A DNA stretch of 64,000 nucleotides from Dehalococcoidia bacterium (GTDB taxonomy: Bacteria > Chloroflexota > Dehalococcoidia > Lucifugimonadales > UBA1127), in contig OZ220679.1 of the NCBI GenBank assembly GCA_965116355.1, positions 2,273,034 through 2,337,033 on the forward strand, read 5' to 3'. The notes beneath the pieces are model-generated. The model had not been told where the DNA came from. It ran no database searches and saw only the letters and a program-made list of their open reading frames with translations. Shown piece after piece: positions 17,487 through 24,958 of this stretch (position 1 is the first letter of the stretch; each line of letters starts with the position of its first letter). The position numbers were made by a program, and so were the translations under genes.

Positions 17487-18260
17487 ATGAAGGCAACGAG
17501 AATCCTCGCGCTGGCGGCGGCGGCTGCGCTTTCGCTGGCGCTTGTAGCGTGCGACGGGGATGGCGCGAGCGAGCCGACCGAGCGGACCATCACCATCGAG
17601 TTGGAGCGGGGGCAGATTGCTGGAGACGCTTCTAACTGGCGGGTCAACGCCAACGACGAGGTCACGCTGGTTGTGCGCTCGGACGAGCCGGTGAACTTCC
17701 ACCTGCATGGGTACGACCTGGAGCAGGACGTGACTCCCGAGGATCCGGCAACCTTCAATTTCACGGCGAACGCCACGGGGAGCTTCCCAATCACGATTCA
17801 CCGGTCAGATGTACCGGCGTCCATGAGCGACCACGATGCTGGGCATGACAAGGCGATCGAGGGGCCCGCGGGGATGAGCGTCGCGGTGGAGGCGACGCCG
17901 GACTCGGTGTCCGGGCTGAACCTGCGGATCTCGACGTCTAGCTTCACCTTCTCGCCGGAGGAGGTCGGGGGCGAGCACGTGCAGGGTCACGGGCACGCGC
18001 ACGTCTACGTGGACGGCGTGAAAGAGGGCAGGGTGTACGGCAACCACTATCACCTGGGCTCGGTGGGGCCCGGCGAGCACACTGTTCGCGTGACGCTGAA
18101 CGCGAACACACACGCCGAGTATGCCGTCGGCGGGCAGCTGGTCGAGCACTCGATCAGCGTCACGGTGCCCAGCGCGGAGGAAGCGGGCCACGAGCACGGC
18201 GACGGCGCGGATACGACGACCGTCGAGGCGGAGCTTGGCCGGTTTGAGGTGAGGCCCTAG
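17487..18260 (+). CDS. Lipoprotein with N-terminal cupredoxin-like domain and His-rich C-terminal domain
   Basis: ATG 17487 gives MKATRILALAAAAALSLALVAC (lipobox). Domain 1, ...ITIELERGQI...NDEVTLVVRSDEPVNFHLHGYDLE...ATGSFPITIH, resembles EfeO-type cupredoxin-like domains. Domain 2 is His-rich (...HVQGHGHAHVYVDGVKEGRVYGNHYHL...HEHGDG). Confidence 0.65.
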   Translation: MKATRILALAAAAALSLALVACDGDGASEPTERTITIELERGQIAGDASNWRVNANDEVTLVVRSDEPVNFHLHGYDLEQDVTPEDPATFNFTANATGSFPITIHRSDVPASMSDHDAGHDKAIEGPAGMSVAVEATPDSVSGLNLRISTSSFTFSPEEVGGEHVQGHGHAHVYVDGVKEGRVYGNHYHLGSVGPGEHTVRVTLNANTHAEYAVGGQLVEHSISVTVPSAEEAGHEHGDGADTTTVEAELGRFEVRP

Positions 18261-18281
18261 CATAACGCCAGTGAGGTCTAC

Positions 18282-19838
18282 GTGAAGCTACTGAACAGGC
18301 TGTCCATCATAGCGGTCGCCGCGGGGCTGGCGCTGGCCGTCTCCCCCGCGGCGGCCCACGGGTTCGGCGAGCGCTACGACCTGCCGGTGCCGCTGGGCTT
18401 GTACGTCTTGGGCGCGGGGGCGGCGGTGGCCCTGTCCTTCGTCGTCATGGGGGTCTTTGTGCGCGGCGGGGAAGCCGGCCACGGCTACCCTCGGTACAAC
18501 CTGCTGCGATGGCGGGTCGTGCGAGCGGCGGCGCACCCGGTCGTCGTGACGTTCGTACAGGCGGCGTCGGTGGCGACGCTGGCGCTGGTAGTCGTCGCAG
18601 GCATCATCGGCGACTGGGAGCCGACGAAGAACATCTCGCCAACGCTGGTGTGGATCATCTGGTGGGTAGGCATGGCGTACGTGTGCGCGCTGGTCGGGAA
18701 CGTCTGGCGGCTGCTGAACCCATGGAACGCGACGTTTTCGTGGGCGGAACGCGCCTACGGAGGACTCGGAGGAGAGGGCGTACTTGGGATGGGGTTGCGC
18801 TATCCGGCTGGGTTGGGCGTGTGGCCGGGAATGCTGGCGTTCCTGGTGTTCGCGTGGGTGGAGATCATCTACATCGAATCGTCGCTGCCGGGGCGGATCA
18901 CGCAGTTCGCCCTGGCCTACACGGTATGGATGTGGGCGGGCATGTACCTCTTTGGCCGTGAAGTCTGGCTGCGGCATGGCGACGCTTTCTCGCTAGTGTA
19001 CGGATTCCTGGCGCGGTTCTCGCCGACGGAGATTCGGGTGACGGACGCGTCGGTGTGCGCGGACTGCCCGGCGGAGTGTGCGGACGCCGGCGAGGGCCTC
19101 GCCGGGGATGACGGATGCGTCGACTGCGCGGAGTGCTTCACGGAAGCGCCGGCGGTGCAGCGGGAGATCAACCTGCGGCCGTACGTGGTGGGGCTGCTGC
19201 GCAGCGAGGGGCGCTCGCTGTCCGTGATGATGTTCGTGTTGCTGCTGCTGTCGACGGTGAGCTTCGACGGCTTCTCCGCGACGCCGGTATGGGGGCGCAT
19301 GTTCAATGCGCTTTTCGACGTGACACGGGACGCGCACATCGTGGGGAGCATCGGGCTCTTCGGATTCTTCGCGGCGGTCGTCGCGGTGTACATCATGTTT
19401 TCGGGATTCATGTCGATGGCGAGCGGCTACCGGCTGCTCTCGGTGGAGACGGGGCAGGTCTTCGTCCTGACGCTGATCCCGATTGCGCTGGCTTACCACC
19501 TGGCTCACTTCTTCTCGTTCCTGCTGATCCAGGGGCAGAGCATCATCCCGCTGGCGTCGGACCCGCTTGGGTTCGGATGGGACATCTTTGGGACCATGGG
19601 ATACGAGATCAACATCGGCATCATCGGGGCGCGGACGGTGTGGCTGGTGTCGGTGGCGGCGATCGTCGTGGGGCACGTGGCGGCGGTGTACCTGGCGCAC
19701 GTGACAGCGCTGCGCGCGATCCCGGAGCGGCGGTACGCGCTTCGCAGCCAGTACCCGATGCTGGTGCTGATGGTGGCGTACACGATGGTCAGCCTGTGGA
19801 TCCTGGCGCAGCCGATCGTGGAGCCGAGCGCGGGGTGA
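18282..19838 (+). CDS. Hypothetical polytopic membrane protein (about 10-11 TM) with a Cys-rich loop
   Basis: Signal peptide ...LAVSPAAA|HGFGERYDLPVPL, so the mature N-terminal residue is predicted to be His. There are many TM helices and a central loop CADCPAECADAGEGLAGDDGCVDCAEC with two CxxCxx(x)C clusters. I recognise no family. Confidence 0.7.
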   Translation: MKLLNRLSIIAVAAGLALAVSPAAAHGFGERYDLPVPLGLYVLGAGAAVALSFVVMGVFVRGGEAGHGYPRYNLLRWRVVRAAAHPVVVTFVQAASVATLALVVVAGIIGDWEPTKNISPTLVWIIWWVGMAYVCALVGNVWRLLNPWNATFSWAERAYGGLGGEGVLGMGLRYPAGLGVWPGMLAFLVFAWVEIIYIESSLPGRITQFALAYTVWMWAGMYLFGREVWLRHGDAFSLVYGFLARFSPTEIRVTDASVCADCPAECADAGEGLAGDDGCVDCAECFTEAPAVQREINLRPYVVGLLRSEGRSLSVMMFVLLLLSTVSFDGFSATPVWGRMFNALFDVTRDAHIVGSIGLFGFFAAVVAVYIMFSGFMSMASGYRLLSVETGQVFVLTLIPIALAYHLAHFFSFLLIQGQSIIPLASDPLGFGWDIFGTMGYEINIGIIGARTVWLVSVAAIVVGHVAAVYLAHVTALRAIPERRYALRSQYPMLVLMVAYTMVSLWILAQPIVEPSAG

Positions 19839-19840
19839 CG

Positions 19841-20019
19841 CCCCCTTCGAGAACCTCAGGGCAGGCTTCGACGGGCTTCTTCGAGAGCCTCAGGACAGGG
19901 TCAGGGCGAATGGTTGGTCTGCCGGGAGCGGGGGTTCTGGGCACCGGCTTTCGCCGGTGAAACGAGGGAGGGCGGGTTTGTTGGGGTTCCCCTGCTTTCG
20001 CAGGAATGATAGTGAGGGG
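19841..20019. repeat. Mosaic intergenic repeat, copy 3 (modules A, A, B, C)
   Basis: Module A is duplicated: CCCTTCGAGAACCTCAGGGCAGGCTTCGACGGG, then TTCGAGAGCCTCAGGACAGGGTCAGGGCGAATGG. Module B is the hairpin CACCGGC-TTTC-GCCGGTG (19942-19959). Module C is CCTGC-TTTC-GCAGGAATGA. Confidence 0.75.
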
Positions 20020-20028
20020 ACGCAGAAA

Positions 20029-20049
20029 GGCCCGCCGGAGCGGCGGGCC
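20029..20049 (-). terminator. Intrinsic terminator-like hairpin downstream of ftsZ
   Basis: GGCCCGCCG-GAG-CGGCGGGCC. On the minus strand it is followed by TTTCTG. It lies 26 nt after the ftsZ stop. Confidence 0.5.
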
Positions 20050-20074
20050 CTTCTCTCGCCATGAGCTTTGGTAG

Positions 20075-21196
20075 TTACCGGATGATCGTCCGGCGCAGGA
20101 ATGGCGGGAGATCGAGGTCGGTAGAGGCCTCGCTGCGATTGCTGAGGAAGCGGCTGTTAAAGGAGTCAGGGTCAGAGGTGAACCGCGTCATGTCCTCGTC
20201 GTCGGAGATGCCGGTTGCGATGAGGGTCACGCGGGCGACGTCGCTGCCGGGCTCGCCGTTGACCATGCCGAAGAAGATCATGGCACGGTGGTCGACCTGC
20301 TGGGCGATGTAGGCGCCGGCCTCGTTGACCTCGCCGAGGGTCATGTTCGGGCCGCCGGTGACGTTGAAGAGCACGCCCTTGGCGCCCTCGAGCGAGAGGT
20401 CGAGCAGCGGATTGTTGACGGCCTGCTTGGCAGCCTGGAGCGGCCCGCCCTTGCCGTGGCCCTCGCCGATGGCCATCATCGCGCGGCCGGGGACCTTCAT
20501 GATCGCCTTGACGTCCGCGAGGTCGACGTTGATCTCGCCGGGGAGGTTGACCAGCTCGGCGACGGAGAGCACGCCGAGCATGACGGCGTCGTCGGCCATG
20601 CGGAGGGCGTCATCCATGGACGTGTCGCCGCGGAAGAGGCTCAGAAGCCGCTCATTGTGGATGACGATGAGGTTGTCCACGTAGGGCTTGAGCTGGGAGA
20701 TGCCGGAGTGGGCCGTCTCCAGCCGCCTGGCGCCCTCAAAGCTGAAGGGGGTGGTGGCGACGGCGACGACGAGGGCGCCCGACTGCCGGGCGATGTCGGC
20801 GACGACGGGAGCGGCGCCGGTGCCCGTGCCGCCGCCCATGCCGATGGCAAGGAAGACGAGGTCAGCGCCAGCGACCACGTTCTTGAGCGCCTGCTTGGAC
20901 TCGCTGGCGGCCATGGCGCCCTTCTCGGGGTCGCCGCCGGCGCCCAGGCCGCGGGTGAGGTGCTCACCGATGTGGATGACGTGCGCGCCCTCAACCTGAC
21001 CCAGCGCCTTGAGGTCCGTGTTGACGCACGCGTAGGTGACGCCAGGCACGGGCCTCGCTCGCATCATGCGCATGATTGCGTTGGAGCCGCCGCCGCCCAC
21101 GCCAATAGCGCATATCGACGCGGGACCAGCCTGCGACAGGGGCATGTTGGGCAGGGGAATGACCTGCGTAGTAGAACGAGACCGCTTACTCGGCAT
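20075..21196 (-). CDS. ftsZ: Cell division protein FtsZ
   Basis: ...IGVGGGGSNAI..., ...GMGGGTGTGAAPV..., and the C-terminal conserved peptide ...DLDLPPFLRR. Confidence 0.95.
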   Translation of the reverse strand: MPSKRSRSTTQVIPLPNMPLSQAGPASICAIGVGGGGSNAIMRMMRARPVPGVTYACVNTDLKALGQVEGAHVIHIGEHLTRGLGAGGDPEKGAMAASESKQALKNVVAGADLVFLAIGMGGGTGTGAAPVVADIARQSGALVVAVATTPFSFEGARRLETAHSGISQLKPYVDNLIVIHNERLLSLFRGDTSMDDALRMADDAVMLGVLSVAELVNLPGEINVDLADVKAIMKVPGRAMMAIGEGHGKGGPLQAAKQAVNNPLLDLSLEGAKGVLFNVTGGPNMTLGEVNEAGAYIAQQVDHRAMIFFGMVNGEPGSDVARVTLIATGISDDEDMTRFTSDPDSFNSRFLSNRSEASTDLDLPPFLRRTIIR

Positions 21197-21488
21197 AGCT
21201 AAACCCTCCAGTGGGTTTCGGTGCTGAAGAAGCCCGAAACGCTTTCAGTCCTACTACTTTAGGCATGAAACCAGCGATGTGTCAAGTCATGGGTTGTGAC
21301 GTCACAAAACTCGCGGGCGCCTGAATGTCCTCAGGGAGCCGCCCAATTGTACCTGTTGGGCCATTGTCCGAATGGGAAATCCGGCAGTGAGGGTGCGGTG
21401 GTTGGGGGATTCGCACCGTGCACGTTGATTGTTGGGGTCGCGCGCCGGTGCTAAGGTGCGCGGGAGGACGATTTGGGAGGAGAGGAAA

Positions 21489-21785
21489 ATGGCGGGATAC
21501 CTGCTGGTGCTGGACCACGAGATCAAGGACGAAGCGCTCTTCGCCGAGTTCCTGAAGAGTGTCGGCGACAATATGGAGTCCTTCGGCGGGAAGTACCTGG
21601 TGAAGGGCGGCAGACACATGGTCATGGACGGCCATTGGGCGCCAGTGCGCATCGCGCTGGTCGAGTTCGAGAGCGCGAACGGCGCGCGGCGGTGGCTCGA
21701 CTCGCAGGAGTACGCAGCGCTGGGCGAGATGCGCCGGTGGGCGGCCGACGCCACGGTGATCGTGTTGGAGGGGGTTGAGGGGTAG
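21489..21785 (+). CDS. DUF1330 domain protein
   Basis: ATG 21489 follows GGGAGGAGAGG. MAGYLLVLDHEIKDEALFAEF...FGGKYLVKGG...RIALVEFESANGARRWLDSQEY matches the DUF1330 pattern. Confidence 0.7.
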   Translation: MAGYLLVLDHEIKDEALFAEFLKSVGDNMESFGGKYLVKGGRHMVMDGHWAPVRIALVEFESANGARRWLDSQEYAALGEMRRWAADATVIVLEGVEG

Positions 21786-21802
21786 GGGCCGGCCAAGGGT
21801 TC

Positions 21803-22021
21803 CTAAGGCGTCTCAGCACCCTCTGGACGACCCAAGGCCACTTCCTCGTGAAGGTTGTCCGGCGTGATTCGGGCCAACAGAGCCTTCAATGAGTACGAGG
21901 GCGACCTCGACTGATTCCGCCCGATGCGTGCCGTTAAGCGCCGTTGGAGTCCAGCCACCACACCAAGTCTCCATTTGGCGAAATCAAACGAGAAACCCAT
22001 TGCGAACCACCTCCTCTTCAT
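21803..22021 (-). CDS. Possible orphan or degenerate MazE/PemI (AbrB/SpoVT)-type antitoxin remnant
   Basis: The C-terminal ...SYSLKALLARITPDNLHEEVALGRPEGAE resembles the C-terminal region of MazE/ChpS-like antitoxins. The N-terminal swapped-hairpin domain looks truncated. No toxin gene is adjacent. Confidence 0.3.
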   Translation of the reverse strand: MKRRWFAMGFSFDFAKWRLGVVAGLQRRLTARIGRNQSRSPSYSLKALLARITPDNLHEEVALGRPEGAETP

Positions 22022-22041
22022 GTTGACCCGGGACGCGAGGC

Positions 22042-22710
22042 CTACCCCTGCGCCTCAGCGAGGCGAACGATCTCTGCGAGGGTGATGTCCGCCATTGAAT
22101 TCAGGGTTAGGTCTGCGCCGGCATCGCCCATGCGGCGGGTGACGTCGTTGGGGACGGCGACGGTGAAGATGCCGGCTGCCCGGGCGGCCTGCACTCCCCT
22201 CTGAGAGTCCTCGAACGCTATGGCCTCCGTCGGGGCGACGTCCAGCGCGCGCAATGCGGCCAGATAGACGGCGGGGTCGGGCTTGCCGACGCCGACATCG
22301 GCATCATCGCGGCAACGGACTGCGTCGAAGTGGTGAAGGAGGCCGATGCGCTCAAGGTGGCCCGCCACCCATTGCCGTGAAGAGCTGGATGCCACCGCCA
22401 ACCGAAAGCCCATGCCGTGGGCATCCGTGATGCACTCGATGACTCCCGGGAGTACGGGCTGCGCTTCGACCATCTCGACGTGGCGGGCCCGCCGGCGGGC
22501 GGTGAGGGCCGCGGCGTCCAGGGAGCGGCCGGTGAGCCGCTCGAGGAGCCCAACAATGTCGATGCGCTCTCCGCGCCCGACGTTTTCATCCCACCGTTCC
22601 GGGGTCAGCTCCTGGCCATACTCCCGGAAGATTTCCTGCCAGCTCTGGAGCGCCGGTGTTTCCGTTTCGACGATGAGGCCGTCGAAGTCGAAGATGAGGG
22701 CGCGGATCAT
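22042..22710 (-). CDS. HAD-superfamily hydrolase (subfamily IA, beta-phosphoglucomutase-like)
   Basis: MIRALIFDFDGLIVETE carries the DxDG motif I. Also present are ...VASSSS... and ...GKPDP...FEDS..G... Confidence 0.85.
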   Translation of the reverse strand: MIRALIFDFDGLIVETETPALQSWQEIFREYGQELTPERWDENVGRGERIDIVGLLERLTGRSLDAAALTARRRARHVEMVEAQPVLPGVIECITDAHGMGFRLAVASSSSRQWVAGHLERIGLLHHFDAVRCRDDADVGVGKPDPAVYLAALRALDVAPTEAIAFEDSQRGVQAARAAGIFTVAVPNDVTRRMGDAGADLTLNSMADITLAEIVRLAEAQG

Positions 22711-22726
22711 GCGAGGTTCCCTGTGC

Positions 22727-22755
22727 TGCTCTTCGACAAGCTCAGGGCGAACGGG
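22727..22755. repeat. Mosaic intergenic repeat, copy 4 (module A only)
   Basis: GCTCTTCGACAAGCTCAGGGCGAACGGGG, lying between the fumC-like stop and the HAD gene start. Confidence 0.6.
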
Positions 22756-22765
22756 GAAGGCACAG

Positions 22766-24184
22766 CTACCCGCCGCCTCCGGCGCTCTTGCCGAGGCCGG
22801 GTTCGGTCATCTCGTCGGGCTTGAGGAGGACGTCGAGCTCCTCGTCGGAGAGGCCGGACTGCTCGCGGGCGACCTCGCGGATGGTGCGGCCGTCGGCTGC
22901 GGCGGCCTTCGCGATGGCGGCGGCCTTGTCGTAGCCGATGGCGGGGGCGAGGGCGGTGCCGAGCATGAGGCCACGCTCGACGAGGTCGGGGCCGGCAGTA
23001 GTGGCGACGAGGCCGGTGACGCACTGGCGCGAGAAGTTGCGGGAGGAGGCGGCAAGGAGCGACGTGGCCTGCAGGATGTTGTAGGCGGCAACCGGGAACA
23101 TCATGTTGAGCTCGAAATAGCCGCCCTGTCCGGCGACGGCGACGGCAGCGTCATTGCCGATGACCTGGGCGACGACCTGGATGACGGACTCGGCGATGAC
23201 GGGGTTCACCTTGCCGGGCATGATGGAGCTGCCGGGCTGGACCTCCGGCAGCATGATTTCGCCGATTCCGGCGCGGGGGCCGGAACCGAGCCAACGGATG
23301 TCATTGGCGATCTTGTTGAGGCTGATGGCGATGGTGCGCAGCGTGGCGCTGGCCTCAACGACGGAGTCGAGCGTGTTCTGCGCCTGGAAGTGGTTCCCGG
23401 TCTCGCGGACCTCGACGCCGATCTTTTGGGACAGGATGGCGCAGACGCCCGAGGCGAATTCAGGGTGGGCGTTGACGCCGGTGCCGACGGCGGTGCCCCC
23501 GAGAGCGACCTCGGAGAGCTCGGCGGCGGCGTGCTCGAGGCGGCGGAGGGAGCGTTCGGCCTGGCCGGCGTAGCCTCGGAACTCCTGGCCGAGGCGGACG
23601 GGCGTGGCGTCCTGCAGGTGGGTGCGGCCGGTCTTGACGATGGGCCAGAACTCCTCGGCCTTCGCTTCCAGCGATGCCTGCAGCTCCTGCAGCGCGGGAA
23701 CGAGGTCCTCCTTGATGGCGGTGAGCGTCGCGATGTGGATGGCGGTCGGTATGACGTCGTTGGAGGACTGGCACATGTTGACGTGGTCGTTGGGGTGGAC
23801 GAGGCGGTCGCCGCGGTCGCCGCCGAGGAGCTCGGTGGCGCGGTTGGCGATGACCTCGTTGGCATTGGTGTTGGTGGAGGTGCCGGAGCCGGTCTGGAAG
23901 ATGTCGAGGACGAAGTGGTCGTCGAGGTCGCCGTCGATGACCTCCTGGGCGGCGGCGTCGATGGCGCGGCCGAAGGCGGAGTCGAGGAGGCCGAGCTTGA
24001 CGTTGGTGTTGGCGGCGGCCTGCTTGATGAGGGCGAGGGAGCGAATGAAGGCGCGGGGGAAGCGGAGGTCGCTGATGGGGAAGTTGAGGACGGCGCGCAT
24101 GGTGGAGGCGCCGTAGTACGCGTTCTCCGGGACCTCCATCTCGCCCATGGAGTCGCGTTCGATCCGAGTGTTGGTTGCGGTCAC
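22766..24184 (-). CDS. fumC: Class II fumarate hydratase / aspartase-family lyase (FumC-like)
   Basis: The signature GSSIMPGKVNP is present, with QTGSGTS, QSSNDV, GRTHLQDATP and a C-terminus aligned to FumC. The N-terminus (AYYG..T.RA..NF.IS) and NPVIAE are more AspA/AspB-like, so substrate specificity is uncertain. Confidence 0.7.
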   Translation of the reverse strand: MTATNTRIERDSMGEMEVPENAYYGASTMRAVLNFPISDLRFPRAFIRSLALIKQAAANTNVKLGLLDSAFGRAIDAAAQEVIDGDLDDHFVLDIFQTGSGTSTNTNANEVIANRATELLGGDRGDRLVHPNDHVNMCQSSNDVIPTAIHIATLTAIKEDLVPALQELQASLEAKAEEFWPIVKTGRTHLQDATPVRLGQEFRGYAGQAERSLRRLEHAAAELSEVALGGTAVGTGVNAHPEFASGVCAILSQKIGVEVRETGNHFQAQNTLDSVVEASATLRTIAISLNKIANDIRWLGSGPRAGIGEIMLPEVQPGSSIMPGKVNPVIAESVIQVVAQVIGNDAAVAVAGQGGYFELNMMFPVAAYNILQATSLLAASSRNFSRQCVTGLVATTAGPDLVERGLMLGTALAPAIGYDKAAAIAKAAAADGRTIREVAREQSGLSDEELDVLLKPDEMTEPGLGKSAGGGG

Positions 24185-24438
24185 GGTTGCTGCTCCTTTG
24201 ACATAGTGCGCACGCGGTCGAGTGTGGTGGAATGCTCGCGACTATTGTAGCCGCTGGGCAGGGTGGTGCAAAGCGCGGCGTGGGGCTCGTCAAGGCGCTC
24301 GGCGAGGGCCCTCGGCGATGGGCGGCGGGTTGCCGGGCCCGGCTCTCGCGGGGTATGATGGGTGAGGCGAGGAAGGGGCCTCAGGCACGCCAGTTTCCTG
24401 GACTGGCGGACATTCTGGAGGCACCCTGCTCAACAGAT

Positions 24439-24524
24439 GCCGAAGTGGCGGAACGGTAGACGCGCTACGTTCAGGGCGTAGTGGGCAACAGCCCGTGTGG
24501 GTTCAAATCCCTCCTTCGGCACCA
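24439..24524 (+). tRNA. tRNA-Leu (anticodon CAG), CCA encoded
   Basis: Manual cloverleaf. Acceptor GCCGAAG/CTTCGGC; anticodon stem CTACG/CGTAG; loop TTCAGGG. It has a long variable arm and T-loop TTCAAAT. Confidence 0.85.
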
Positions 24525-24531
24525 CAAGCGT

Positions 24532-24608
24532 GCGCTTGTAGCTCAGCAGGATAGAGCGCAGCCCTGCGGAGGCTGAGGCCGTGGGTTCGAATCCCGCCAA
24601 GCGCGCCA
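24532..24608 (+). tRNA. tRNA-Arg (anticodon GCG), CCA encoded
   Basis: Manual cloverleaf. Acceptor GCGCTTG/CAAGCGC; D stem GCTC/GAGC; anticodon stem CAGCC/GGCTG; loop CT-GCG-GA; T arm GTGGG-TTCGAAT-CCCGC. Confidence 0.8.
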
Positions 24609-24622
24609 CTTCCCCTTCTTTC

Positions 24623-24699
24623 GGGCGGCTAGCTCAGTTGGTTAGAGCACTTGCTTTACACGCAAGGGGTCATAGGTTCGAGTCCTGTGCCGCCCACCA
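24623..24699 (+). tRNA. tRNA-Val (anticodon TAC), CCA encoded
   Basis: Manual cloverleaf. Acceptor GGGCGGC/GCCGCCC; anticodon stem CTTGC/GCAAG; loop TT-TAC-AC; T-loop TTCGAGT. Confidence 0.85.
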
Positions 24700-24958
24700 A
24701 TACGTTTCACATTGAACGCGGTTCCTCCACTTCCAGTGTCGTGTGTGGGCGTTCCGGTCAAATGGAATTGCCAGTCCGGCCACGCACAGGAAAGACCTGT
24801 ACGCCGTGGCAGCGCCAGGGCCAATAGTCAATTCCAGTTTGCTTGGCTCATCGCGAACAATAATCAGGCCCTCACGTCGCCTACTCGCTGACGTCCCTGA
24901 GGCTGCTATTCGCCGCGAAAGCGGTCGACGGAGTAGCCGGCTGGAACGGAGCGCTGGG

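Noticed and set aside
22346-24250. A 634-aa plus-strand ORF overlapping the HAD and FumC-like genes.
   Set aside because: It is antisense to two genes with clear family signatures. Its product is a G/A/D/E-rich, repetitive pseudo-protein, so it is a GC artefact.
24700-24958. A lower-GC stretch immediately after tRNA-Val, considered as a possible integration (att) site marking an island that includes the ABC exporter.
   Set aside because: I found no direct repeat of the tRNA-Val 3' end (GGTTCGAGTCCTGTGCCGCCCACCA) elsewhere in the window. The ABC exporter has host-like GC content, and no integrase lies adjacent to the tRNA.
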